Part shown: positions 21,501 to 32,452 of the stretch, piece after piece
Layout: every line of letters starts with the position of its first letter
How positions within the stretch are numbered: the first letter of the stretch is position 1
Assembly: GCF_011386835.1 (NCBI RefSeq)
Contig: NC_088807.1
Coordinates: forward strand, 26,846,001 to 26,910,000
Origin: Chrysemys picta bellii
Taxonomy: Eukaryota
Direction of reading: 5' to 3'
DNA length: 64,000 nucleotides
Translations under genes and position numbers: made by a program
The notes under the pieces: generated by a model
Database searches by the model: none
Told to the model about the DNA's origin: nothing
What the model saw: the letters and a program-made list of their open reading frames with translations, nothing else

Positions 21501-22439
21501 AGAGCGCTTGGTGTCTCTTGCTGGAAGGCAGGTTTTCTAGCACTTGATTGTTTTGGGGGCTCTTCCCAGAGCCCTCTATCTTTGATCACCATCCTCCCCT
21601 GCACCCCAGCTGGCCATCATGTTCTGCCAGTCATTCTCCCAGCCTGTCCCACTGCCGGTCTCGCCTCCCCTCTCCACAGCTCCCCCTTGCTCCAGCACAT
21701 TCATGCTTGTCTTGACTTTTGAGGCCCTTCATGGCTCCCCCATGGACATCAATCATCTCTCACTCAATAGGGAAGGGGCAAACCCTTGCCCCCTTACCAA
21801 TCTGTCAAAGACCCTTCGTGCTGCCTCCGTTCCTGTGCCAGCCTGCAAACCTAGTGCCTGACCCACTCACCTTCCACTCTTGCCTTAAAACTCTCCTGCC
21901 CCAGCCTTGCCAGCCATTGGGCTAGAGGTGTGCAGAGCCCCCAGTGTGGTGTGCCAAGTGCTATTGGCCTGTTCTGTGCTTGTTTTCCCCTATGGGTCTG
22001 TCTGCGCAGGTGAGCCTGCACAGTTGGTCAGCGCTGGGGCTCCGGGACTGGCCTTTTCTGTGTCTGACTAGGGTCAAGGCCCACGGCTGCCTGATTCCCA
22101 GCCAGGACTCCTAGGCACAAGTCAGACAGATTCGTTAGCAGCAATCAGGAGAAAACATGGGGCTGGGGCAGGAGATGGTGCCGCCCAGTGAAGGGTGAGA
22201 ACAAACCACCCGCTGGCTGCTCCTGGAGCCAGCTGCATAGGCCTGGCCGTGCCTGGCAGAAAGACAGAGCCGCAGGTGTGTGCAGGATGATGAAATGTTC
22301 CCCGACCCTGCCACTCCCAGCCCCAGGGAGAGGAAAAGAACAAACAAGCAGCAAGGGCTGGCGCGGGCTGGCGCCAGGCCCGGGAGCCCTGTGGGGAGGC
22401 TGGGTGGAAGAGGGCACCACCAGTGACCCCCCGGATTTG

Positions 22440-23340
22440 GCTGGTGACCCGGGGGGGGGGAGAGGGGAGTCGGTGACCAGGCCTGGGGGGAGCTGGCGAC
22501 CAGGGGGGGCGGGGGGAGGGAGCTGGCGACCAGGGGGGGCAGGGGGAAGGGGAGGAGGGAGTCGGTGACCAGGGAAGGCGGGGGGAGGGAGCCGGTGACC
22601 AGGCCGGGGGGGGGGAAGGGGAGGAGGGAGCCGGTGACCAGGCGGGGGGAGCTGGTGACCAGGGGGGCAGAGGGAGCGAGCCGGTGACCAGGCCGGGGGG
22701 GTGGGGGGGAAGGAGGGGAGCCGGTGACCAGGCGGGGGGGAGAGCCGGTGACCGGGGGGGGGCAGAGGGAGCGAGCCGGTGACCAGGCCGGGGGGGGGGT
22801 AGGGGGAGGGAGCCGGTGACCAGGCCGGGGGGTGGGAAGGGGGGGAGGGAGCCGGTGACCAGGCGGGGGGGAGAGCCGGTGACCAGGGGGGGGCAGAGGG
22901 AGCGAGCCGGTGACCAGGCCGGAGGGGGAAGGGAGGGAGCCAGTGACCGGGGGGGGGGGGGGGGAGAAGGGGGGGGAGAGCCGGTGACCAGGCCGGGGAG
23001 GGGGAAGGGGGGGAGGGAGCCGGTGGCCGGGGGGGAAGGAGCTGGTGACCGGGGGGGGGCAGGGGCAGGGAGCTGGTGACCAGGCAGGGGGGGAGGGAGC
23101 CGGTGACCGGGGGGGAGGGAGCCGGTGACCAGGCGGGGGGGAGAGCCGGTGACCGGGGGGGGGGTAGGGGGAGGGAGCTGGTGGCCGGGGGGGGAGGAGG
23201 GGGGGAAGGAGCTGGTGACCGGGGGGGGGGAAGGAGCTGGTGACCGGGGGGGGGACAGGGGAGGGAGCTGGTGACCAGGCCGGGGGGGGGGGGAGGGAAC
23301 CGGTGGCCGGGGCGGGGGGGGGGGGGGAAAGTTTTGGGGC
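22440..23340. repeat. G-rich minisatellite (GGAGCCGGTGACCAGGC core) upstream of the SLC10A3 promoter
   Basis: Dozens of short degenerate units. Confidence 0.9.
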
Positions 23341-23379
23341 TTGGGGTTCGCTGGGCCTCGCCCGCCCATTTCACAGACG

Positions 23380-23972
23380 CGGGGGGGGGGGGGCTAATCC
23401 CGCCAATCAGAGGCTGGCTGGTGCTGCGGGGGGGCTGCCCCCCCCGCGTGTCACGTGTCGGGCAGCCGGCTCAGGCTGTAGCTACGAGCACATTTCTTGG
23501 GCGCGGGTAAAACCACGTCACCGGCGCGGGGAAGAATGTTGCGCGTGACGCGGGTTCTACCCACGGACGCTTCAGGGACCCGCAGTCACACCAATCAGAG
23601 CCTGGGGGCAGAGCACAGGGAACCCTTAATTCACCAATCAGGACACCGGGATGCAGAGGCTCACCTATCAGGCACTCCGGTGCCCCAGGCGCCACCAATC
23701 AGCGCTCCGGGTGCCCCTAGCTTCGCCAATCATGGTACAGGAGATCGCAGACTCCCAACCAATCAGAGTACAACGAGTCCGTAGCCCCGCCCTTTCTTTT
23801 TAATATACTTCCGGTTCCCAGGCCCATCCCCCTCAGTCCGCGGCTACTTCCGTGGTGGGTGGGACCATTATGAGATCGTGCCCCGCGGGCGGGGCCGCGG
23901 CTGTGACGCAGACGAGGGGCGGGACCGAAGGGAGCCGGACGCAGCCGAGTCAAGTGGGGTCGGCGGTGCCAG
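23380..23972 (+). promoter_or_regulatory. SLC10A3: SLC10A3 CpG-island promoter with multiple CCAAT boxes and probable non-coding exon 1
   Basis: CCAAT at 23403, 23591, 23634, 23695, 23726 and 23759; CACGTG at ~23452. Donor CAG|GTGCGG at 23973; acceptor CCCAG|25449. Confidence 0.7.
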
Positions 23973-23984
23973 GTGCGGAGGGAG

Positions 23985-24720
23985 AGGGGCGGGGGAGGCA
24001 GCAGGAGGGGGATGGGGACCGGGGCGGGGGAGGCAGCAGGAGGGGGATGGGAGAGGGGCCAGGGGAGCAGGAGGGGGATGGGGACCGGGGGGGGGAGGCA
24101 GCAGGAGGGGGATGGGAGAGGGGCCAGGGGAGCAGGAGGGGGATGGGAGAGGGGCCAGGGGAGCAGGAGGGGGATGGGGACCGGGGGGGGGAGGCAGCAG
24201 GAGGGGGATGGGAGAGGGGCCAGGGGAGCAGGAGGGGGATGGGAGAGGGGCCAGGGGAGCAGGAGGGGGATGGGGACCGGGGGGGGGGAGGCAGCAGGAT
24301 GGGGACCGGGGGGGGAGGCAGCAGGAGGGGGATGGGGACCGGGGGGGCCAGGGGAGCAGGAGGGGGATGGGGACCCGGGGGGGGAGGCAGCAGGAGGGGG
24401 ATGGGGACCGGGGGGGGGAGGCAGCAGGAGGGGGATGGGAGAGGGGCCAGGGGAGCAGGAGGGGGATGGGGACCGGGGGGGGGGGAAGTAGCAGGAGGGG
24501 GATGGGAGAGGGGCCAGGGGAGCAGGAGGGGGGTGAGGACTGGGGAGGGGAGGCAGCAGGAGGGGGATGGGAGAGGGGCCAGGGGAGCAGGAGGGGGATG
24601 GGGACCGGGGGGGGCAGCAGGAGGGGGATGGGAGAGGGGCCAGGGGAGCAGGAGGGGGATGGGGACGGGGGGGGAGGCAGCAGGAGGGGGATGGGAGAGG
24701 GGCCAGGGGGCGGGGGCACC
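23985..24720. repeat. Purine-rich minisatellite in SLC10A3 intron 1
   Basis: Units like GCAGGAGGGGGATGGGAGAGGGGCCAGGGGA / GCAGGAGGGGGATGGGGACCGGGGGG. Confidence 0.9.
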
Positions 24721-25554
24721 GGAGGGGCAGAAGGAGGGGGATGGCGATAAGGTGATGGGGGCTGCGACCTGGAATGGGGAGTGGTTGGGGTCAGGGGTCG
24801 GGGGGGTTGCATTACTTTGCTGGTAGGGCTGGGGGTGGTCACAGTGGGGGGCTGCAGGGCCAGGGGTCCAGCTAGGATTCAGAGTGTGGGGTGTTGCAGG
24901 GATTAGCAGGAGGGGTGAGGGGGTCAGAGGGCAGGGGCTTGCCTGGGGCTGGAGAGGGAAGGCCTGGGGCTGGGTCCTGGAGGAGTTTGACCTCTCTCCC
25001 CTGACCCTTGTGACACCTCTGACCCTACAGGGTGGGGCAGCATTTAGGGGCTGCCCCACCCTGTGTGCCTTGTTGATGGAGGATGCAAGGTGTGGGTGGT
25101 ATCGGGGAGGGGTGTGTGCAGGGGGAATATCTAGGGGAGAGGGATGCATATGGGGTGTCTTGGGAGGTGTCTGTGATCGGCTTCCCTACCTGTCTCTTAC
25201 TAACTTTGGGAGCACAACTGAAGAGAGAGGGAATGACTGCCCCCCCCCACAACCCCTGCCCATAATCCCCACCCCATGCACTCCCCCCGCAGCCTGGGTC
25301 TGGGCTGCCCCTTCCCCCAGTCCAGCTTGGCCGGTTCCCTGCTCCAGGGTGGGCGGCCAGGAGCTGGCAGCCTTGACCAAGACACACCCCCCCACACACA
25401 CACACACCCAGCTCCTCCTCTTACCCTCTCCCTGTTCCCTCCCCCCAGGTTGGCGACAGAGCAGAGAGGGCACCCACGCGTCCTGGCTGAGGGACGTCCC
25501 CATGTGCCGGAGCCGCCTGAGACCAGGCGCCCGTGGGCCGTGAGACCCCCTGGC

Positions 25555-26847
25555 ATGGCACAGGCCCTGCTGCTGTTGCTGCTGGGCTGCTGGGCCCAGC
25601 CGGCCAGGGGGCAGCAGGCTGGCAGGTACCTGAGCGTGGGCGACGGCAGCACCCTGGAGTTCGACTTCCCCGAGAGGAGCCGGGGCATCATGGTTGTGTC
25701 CAGCCGCTACCCGGGCGCCAACGGGACGGCGGGTGGTACCCAGCTCAGCGCGGCCTCGCTTGCGCCCGCCGTGCTGACGGTGGAGAACGTCAGCACCCTG
25801 TGCTGCGGGGCGGGGGGCTTTGTGGTGGCCATCCGCTCGGGCCCGGCTGGGCTGGCACCGCTCCGGCTGCGCCTGCTGGACCGGCACCGGCTGGTGGAGG
25901 AGCGGGGTGAGTTCCGGGTGCGGGTGCTGCCGGGCGAGGAGCCGGAGCACCCAGGGCTGGGCCACTTCTCAGAGAACCCGCTGCTCTACGCCCTCCTGCC
26001 CCTCATCTTTGTCAACAAGTGTGCCTTCGGCTGCAAGGTGGAGCTGGAGGCGCTGCGGGACCTGGCACGCCAGCCCCACCCCGTCCTTCTGGGCATCCTG
26101 GGCCAGTTCGTTGCCATGCCCCTCTACGGCTACCTCATGTCACTGGCCTTCGCCCTGCCCAAGGCGTTGGCGCTAGGGCTGGTCGTCACCTGCTCCTCGC
26201 CGGGCGGGGGTGGCGGGTACCTCTACAGCCTCTTGCTGGGCGGGGACGTCACCCTGGCCATCTCCATGACGCTTCTGTCCACGGTGGCGGCTGCCGGGCT
26301 GATGCCGCTCTCCTCAGCACTCTACGGGTGGCTGCTGAGCGCCCACCAGAGCCTGCACGTGCCCTTCGCCAAGATCCTGGCCACGCTGCTCTTCATCGCG
26401 GTACCCATCTCGGCCGGCCTGCTGGTGAAGTGCAAGCTGCCCCGTGTCGCCCGCCTGCTGCTGCTGCTCATCAAGCCCTTCAGCTTCGCCCTCATCCTGG
26501 GCGGGCTCTTCATGGCCTACCACATGGGGGCGTTCATTCTGGCTGACGTGCGGCCCCCTGTGGTGCTGGCCGGGCTGAGTGTGCCCCTCTTTGGCCTCCT
26601 GCTGGGCTACCTCCTGGCTGCATGCCTGCGGCTGCCGGGCCCACACCGCCGGACGGTTAGCATCGAGGTGGGAGTGCAGAACAGCCTGCTGGCCCTGGCG
26701 GTCCTGCAGCTCTCCTTCCGCCGCCGGCAGGCCGACTACGCTTCCCAGGCTCCCTTCGTGGTGGCGCTGAGCAGCACGGCTGAGATGCTACTGCTGGTGC
26801 TGGGTCATCTCCTTTATAAGAAGCTGCGGCCGCCAGCCAGCCCCTGA
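25555..26847 (+). CDS. SLC10A3: Solute carrier family 10 member 3 (P3 protein, bile-acid:sodium symporter family), 430 aa, single coding exon
   Basis: The first in-frame ATG after the acceptor at 25449 begins a signal-peptide-like MAQALLLLLLGCWAQPARG. SBF-family motifs FVNKCAFGCKVE, CSSPGGGGGYLYSLLLGGDVTLAISMT and RTVSIEVGVQNSLLALAVLQLSF. AATAAA at 27169-27174. Confidence 0.95.
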   Translation: MAQALLLLLLGCWAQPARGQQAGRYLSVGDGSTLEFDFPERSRGIMVVSSRYPGANGTAGGTQLSAASLAPAVLTVENVSTLCCGAGGFVVAIRSGPAGLAPLRLRLLDRHRLVEERGEFRVRVLPGEEPEHPGLGHFSENPLLYALLPLIFVNKCAFGCKVELEALRDLARQPHPVLLGILGQFVAMPLYGYLMSLAFALPKALALGLVVTCSSPGGGGGYLYSLLLGGDVTLAISMTLLSTVAAAGLMPLSSALYGWLLSAHQSLHVPFAKILATLLFIAVPISAGLLVKCKLPRVARLLLLLIKPFSFALILGGLFMAYHMGAFILADVRPPVVLAGLSVPLFGLLLGYLLAACLRLPGPHRRTVSIEVGVQNSLLALAVLQLSFRRRQADYASQAPFVVALSSTAEMLLLVLGHLLYKKLRPPASP

Positions 26848-27719
26848 GCACCCCCTGCCTTGAGAGGGACTGGATCCCCTGCTGGAGGCAGCTGCAAAGT
26901 GGGCTGTGCTTCCCAGCCGCTGGGCGAGTCCTGCTGGTGGGCAGAGATGGGAGGATTCAGGGACCTGCTGTAGAAGGGACTCTGGGCCTAGGGCTCTTCC
27001 CTGCGGGGGAAGTTGGAAACCAAAATCTTTCACATTGGGCCCCAAACACCCAGCCTTATTTTTATACTATGTATTTTCTATGCTGCTGGTGGTGGCCCCC
27101 CAGGGCGTGGGGCCTGGGCTGTTTACAGGAGGGGGGAGCAGCCCCCCTCCCACAAGGGTGAGGGTTCGAATAAAAGAGAGAAAGCAACATAGTATGTGCA
27201 TGGAACAGTTACTGGGCGGGGGAGGCAAAAGAAAGGGCTGTAAACGGCTGGGCTTCCTTTGTTCAGCTGGGACAGGCACAACCCAGATGCCACCTTAAGA
27301 GCAAACATGGGTCCTGGCCCCAGTGCAGGCTGCTCTGTGCTGGACCCCTGGCATAGAGAGTGGGGAAGCCAGGGGCCCATGCCAGGCTGCCTTCCCTGCC
27401 CCTCTCTGCTGTGCAACTTCCAAGCCTAACGCCTCTCCCCCCCCCACACACCCTCATGGCAACGACAAGGAAATGGGGAAACTCGGTCTCCTGCCCACTT
27501 CCTTATTCCCGCTGTGAGGCGAGGAGCCCAGGGCTGGGCTGCGGGTCGGAGTGAGGGGAACTGGCTGAGCTGGGGGAGCTCAGGGCTGGACTTTCAGGGG
27601 GGTGCGAGTCAGGAGTTCCTGGGGGGGGGGTGGGGGGGAAGACACTGGGAGGTCCCGGCTTTGGGGTTGCTTCTATCCGCCCCAGTCACCCCCTCCCCAT
27701 GGTGCTGCTCTAGCGCCAA

Positions 27720-28160
27720 GTTCTATGGTAACCCAAGGGCCCCTCTGGTCTGCGTTACGTCTCTATGGTACTGGAGGCTGGCCAGAGTGGCCTTTGTCTC
27801 CCTAGGCCTGTATGGTACAGTGAGTGTCGCTCTGTCCCTTCTGTGGGATCTCTATGGTATAAAACTGGAATCTAGCCCTGACGCCCGCTGGTTCTCTATG
27901 GTATAGAACTAGTCGGTCTGGCCCTGGCTCCCCACCGCGTCTCTATGGTATGACATTCTCTCCGTCCCCTTTGGTCTCTATGGTTACGGTCACTCTGGGC
28001 ACTCGTCCCCTCAGACTCTATGGCGTAACACCGACCGCTCTATCTGCGGACTCGCGGCACTCTATGGCCTCCTTCCGCCTGGTCTAGCGGCCCCCCCTTA
28101 GAACTCTATGCTGCCTGGCGGCGGCCGCTCTATCCCGGTGTCCTCCCGGGTGTCTATGGT
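27720..28160 (+). promoter_or_regulatory. UBL4A: UBL4A promoter with a homotypic cluster of WCTCTATGGY motifs
   Basis: CTCTATGG at 27761, 27850, 27894, 27941, 27976, 28016 and 28060, plus 1-2-mismatch variants at 27721, 27808, 28104 and 28152. Confidence 0.75.
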
Positions 28161-28205
28161 GCCGTTAAAGGGGCCGCTCCGGGACTGCGCGGCCGCGATC
28201 CCGCG

Positions 28206-31200
28206 ATGCTGCTCACGGTGAAGGCGCTGCAGGGCCGGGGCTGCAGCCTGCAGGTGCGGGGGGGCTGTGCCCAGGGCGGGGAAGGGCTGGCTGGGGGGGG
28301 GGGCTGTGCCAGGGTGGGGGCGGGCTGGCTGGGGGGGGGCTGTGCCTGGAGGGGTGCGGGGGGGGCTGTGCCCAGGGTGGGGGAGGGCTGGCTGGGGGGG
28401 CTGTGCCCAGGGTGGGGAGGGCTGTGCCTGGAGGGGTGCGGGGGGGGCTGTGCCCAGGGTGGGGGAGGGCTGGCTGGGGGGGCTGTGCCCAGGGTGGGGA
28501 GGGCTGTGCCTGGAGGGGTGCGGGGAGGGGCTGTACCCAGGGTGGGGGAGGGCTGGCTGGGGGGGGGGGGCTGTGCCTGGAGGGGTGCGGGGGGGGGCTG
28601 TGCCCAGGGTGGGGAGGGCTGTGCCTGGAGGGGTGCGGGGAGGGGCTGTGCCCAGGGTGGGGGAGGGCTGGCTGGGGGGGGCTGTGCCCAGGGTGGGGAG
28701 GGCTGTGCCTGGAGGGGTGTGGGGAGGGGCTGTGCCCAGGGTGGGGGAGGGCTGGCTGGGGGGGGGGCTGTGCCTGGAGGGGTGCGGGGAGGGGGCTGTA
28801 CCCAGGGTGGGGGAGGGCTGGCTGGGGGGGGGCTGTGCCCAGGGTGGGGAGGGCTGTGCCTGGAGGGGTGCGGGGGGGGCTGTGCCCAGGGTGGGGGAGG
28901 GCTGGCTGGGGGGGCTGTGCCCAGGGTGGGGAGGGCTGTGCCTGGAGGGGTGCGGGGGGGGCTGTGCCCAGGGTGGGGGAGGGCTGGCTGGGGGGGCTGT
29001 GCCCAGGGTGGGGAGGGCTGTGCCTGGAGGGGTGCGGGGAGGGGCTGTACCCAGGGTGGGGGAGGGCTGGCTGGGGGGGGGGGGCTGTGCCTGGAGGGGT
29101 GCGGGGGGGGGGCTGTGCCCAGGGTGGGGAGGGCTGTGCCTGGAGGGGTGCGGGGAGGGGCTGTGCCCAGGGTGGGGGAGGGCTGGCTGGGGGGGGCTGT
29201 GCCCAGGGTGGGGAGGGCTGTGCCTGGAGGGGTGTGGGGAGGGGCTGTGCCCAGGGTGGGGGAGGGCTGGCTGGGGGGGGGGCTGTGCCTGGAGGGGTGC
29301 GGGGAGGGGCTGTACCCAGGGTGGGGGAGGGCTGGCTGGGGGGGGCTGTGCCCAGGGTGGGGAGGGCTGTGCCTGGAGGGGTGCGGGGAGGGGCTGTACC
29401 CAGGGTGGGGGAGGGCTGGCTGGGGGGGGGGCTGTGCCCAGGGTGGGGAGGGCTGTGCCTGGAGGGGTGCGGGGGGGGGCTGTGCCCAGGGTGGGGAGGG
29501 CTGTGCCTGGAGGGGTGCGGGGAGGGGCTGTGCCCAGGGTGGGGGAGGGCTGGCTGGGGGGGGCTGTGCCCAGGGTGGGGAGGGCTGTGCCTGGAGGGGT
29601 GCGCGGGGGGGGCTGTGCCCAGGGTGGGGGAGGGCTGGCTGGGGGGGAGGGCTGTGCCTGGAGGGGTGCGGGGGGGGCTGGCTGGAGAGGGCTGTGCCCG
29701 GTGGGGGGCTGGCTGGGGGGGTGTTTATGGGGGGCCCTGTGCCTGCATCTCCACCCTGGTGGAGCAGGTGGGAGAGGCGGGGGTGTGGAGATAGGGAAGA
29801 TCCGGGGAGGGTGGATGGGGGGCACCGGTGGGGGTGAGGGGTGAGGCAGGTTCCTGGCAGGTGCCAGGGGTGTGAGATGGGGAGGGTTTGTGGGGGAGGT
29901 TCCTGGGGGATGGATGGGGGGCACTGGTGTGGTTTGTCAGTCCTGGGGTGGGGTGTAGCTCCCCACTCCAGCCTTTCCCCCCCACCATTTTCCCCAGGTC
30001 TCCCCGGATGAGCGTGTCAGCACCCTGAAGCGCCTGGTCTCGGAGAAGTTGAACGTCCCAGTCTCTCAGCAGCGGCTGCTTTTCAAGGGCAAGGCCCTGG
30101 CAGGTGGGTGCCTGCTCCCGGGGCACACGAGTCTGCAGACAGGCAGCCCTCAGAGGGGCACGACTGCTCCCCATATGTCTTGTTACCCTGAAATGTCATG
30201 ACAACACATATCATTACTAACACCAGCCATTTCATCGCCCACCCGCTTCATCTAATCTCATTCGGTGTGGCTGCCTCTTGGGTGGGGCAGGGGGTGTTTA
30301 TATGGGGACTCCTTGCCTGGTGCCAAGACGCAGGGAGCCAAGTATTAGAGGGGTAGCCGTGTTACTCTGTATCCACAAAAACAACGGGGAGTCCAGTGGC
30401 ACCTTAAAGACTAACAGATTTATTTGGGCATAAGCTTTTGTGGGTAAAAAAAAACACTTATTTTTACCCACGAAAGCTTATGCCCAAATAAATCTGTTAG
30501 TCTTCAAGGAGCCACCAGACTCCTTGTTGTGTTTGAAGATGCAGGTAGTTGGTTACACGGAGACTCGCGTACTGAGTCTCGCCCGGTACTGAGACACGGC
30601 CCCTCTGTGGTGGGGCAGGGGGTGTTTATACCGGTACCCCTCGTCCAGTGCTGAGACATGCCCGCCCCCCACCTGTGGCAGGGTGCAGGGGCTGGTTATC
30701 CAGGGACCCTTCACCCAGCTCTGAGACGCAGCCCCTCTGGGGTGGGGTAAGAGTTGTAATGCTCTATAACTTCTGTTTTTCAGTGGTGTAGGGGGTGCTT
30801 TTATCTTGGGGTCTCACAGTCCCGGGGGTCCCTGTGAGCTGGGGGGAACGGGAGCTCATGGCCCCTCTGCCACCCCCACAGATGAGCACCGGCTCTCGGA
30901 CTATTCCATCGGCCCCGAGTCCAAGCTGAACCTGGTAATCAAGCCGCCGGAGAAGGCTTCCCCCGAGGAGCCGGGGCACAGGGGACCCCCGCCACCATTC
31001 CTGACCATCTGGCACCCGCTGGGCCAGGTCCTGGCGCGGCACTTCAGCACGGCTGATGCGGAGAAGGTGCTGGAGCAGCTGCAGAAGGTGATGCCTAGAG
31101 CCCTGGCGCGGAGGGAGCTGTAGGCTGGGGGGATTCCTGGATGGATCATTGCATCCTTGAAACCCACCTGGCACCAGGACGTGGCACCTCTGGGGTGGGG

Positions 31201-31425
31201 CTGGTTATCGAGGGACCCAGCACTGATGGTGGGGCAGGGGGCTACAGGGATCCCAGCGCCCCCCCTTCCCCTACACCCTGGGGGTCGCCGTGCTAACCCC
31301 CCCTCTCCCTCCAGGATTACGAGCGGAGCCTTCGGCTGCTGAGCCTGGACGACATTGAGCGGCTGGCCACGCGGCTGCTGCACCCGGAGGTGGCTGATGC
31401 GGTGGAGATGGGATTCCTGGACTAG
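28206..31425 (+). CDS. UBL4A: Ubiquitin-like protein 4A (GdX/Get5, BAG6 complex), 156 aa
   Basis: Exons 28206-28253, 29998-30103, 30882-31087 and 31315-31425 total 471 nt. Translation MLLTVKALQGRGCSLQVSPDERVSTLKRLVSEKLNVPVSQQRLLFKGKALADEHRLSDYSIGPESKLNLVIKP...DYERSLRLLSLDDIERLATRLL. ATTAAA at 31591-31596. Confidence 0.97.
28255..29720. repeat. G-rich minisatellite filling most of UBL4A intron 1
   Basis: Mosaic of GGCTGTGCCCAGGGTGGGG, GGCTGTGCCTGGAGGGGTGCGGGGG and GGCTGGCTGGGGGGG subunits, starting right after the donor. Confidence 0.95.
30345..30540. mobile_element. Penelope-like element terminal inverted duplication (hairpin) in UBL4A intron 2
   Basis: ...GGCACCTTAAAGACTAACAGATTTATTTGGGCATAAGCTTTTGTGGGTAAAAA and its near-perfect reverse complement ...TTTTTACCCACGAAAGCTTATGCCCAAATAAATCTGTTAGTC, separated by a short loop. 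Confidence 0.8.
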
Positions 31426-32329
31426 TGCCCAGACAGCCGTGGGCCCGGGGGGAAGACTTCAGCCCGGCCCTCCCTGCACCTGAAACAAGGAGCCTGCAGG
31501 CAGGGCCCAGTAGGGGGCTTGGGGTCCCTCTGCCCCCTCCTCACACCTCTGAACTGCTGCTAAGGAGCCTGTCTGTCTCTCCCATTCCCCATTAAAGATG
31601 ATGGTGGGTGTGAGACCTGCCCAGCTCTGCCTGATGTGTTAACTGGGGTGGGGCAGGGGGCTGGTTATACACAGACCCAGGATGAAGCCACCTCTAGGGT
31701 GGGCCAGGGGGCTGGTTCTCTGGGGCCACCTCTGGGGGGGGGCAGTTATCTGGGTATCCCTTGCGGGGTGCTGAGACATGGCCCTTCTGGGCCTGGGCAG
31801 GGGCCAGTTACTCAGGGACCCTTTGCCTAGCATCTGGACATGGCCCCTCTTGTGTGGGGCATGGGGCTGGTTATGTGGGGACCCCTCACCTGATGACCAA
31901 CTGTGTCCTCTAAGTCTTCGCCCCCCCCATAGCACCCCGCTGCTGAGGGTGAAGAAGGAAGACGCTGTTTTTCAGCCAGGCTGATTGATGCTGGAGGTAA
32001 ATTTGCCCTGCAGACCTTGAGGGCAGGGATGGGAACATGGCGAATAGGGCTGGGATGTGGGAGGGGACTCTGACTGGGGAAGGTGGGGGTGCTGCTGAAG
32101 GCCCCTGGGATTGGGGTGTGACTGGCTGGGGGGGCTGGATTTCCCCTCTTGGGGGGGTCACCTGTGTCCCAGAGGAGGTTCTGGGGCAGTGGCCCCTGCA
32201 CAAAAGGAGAGGTCTCTGCCCCCTGCCAGGTGGGGGAGGTTGGGGGGCTCTGGGGTCCTGCCCGCAGTGGATGCCTGGGGCCCCGCATGAGAGGGGGGTG
32301 ATGCTGGGGGGGCTCAACTGGGGGTCCCT

Positions 32330-32452
32330 GCAGGCGGGTCGCAGGGAGCGCGAGTTCCGGGTGGGGGGGGGGCGGGATTGACGTGTGCAAGGGCGGGGCC
32401 TGGCCGCCAAACCCCGCCCCCTGGCGGCACGTGGGGCGGAGCCGTGGCCGGG
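32330..32452 (+). promoter_or_regulatory. LAGE3: LAGE3 CpG promoter with GC boxes, an E-box and a CTCF-like site
   Basis: GGGGCGGG boxes; CACGTG at 32428-32433; minus-strand GTGCCGCCAGGGGGCGGGG (32412-32430) resembles the CTCF core. Confidence 0.55.

Noticed and set aside
22122-24842. ORFs of 290-415 aa over the 22.4-23.3 kb and 24.0-24.7 kb arrays
   Set aside because: Minisatellite artefacts with no domain motifs or splice support.
25276-25554. 93-aa N-terminal extension of SLC10A3 in the ORF track
   Set aside because: The ATG at 25276 lies upstream of the acceptor at 25449 (intronic), and the ATG at 25555 begins a signal-peptide-like sequence.
28098-29924. Long ORFs (460-608 aa) on both strands over UBL4A intron 1
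   Set aside because: They are stop-free translations of a G-rich minisatellite giving low-complexity Gly/Pro repeats; the real UBL4A exon ends at the donor at 28253.
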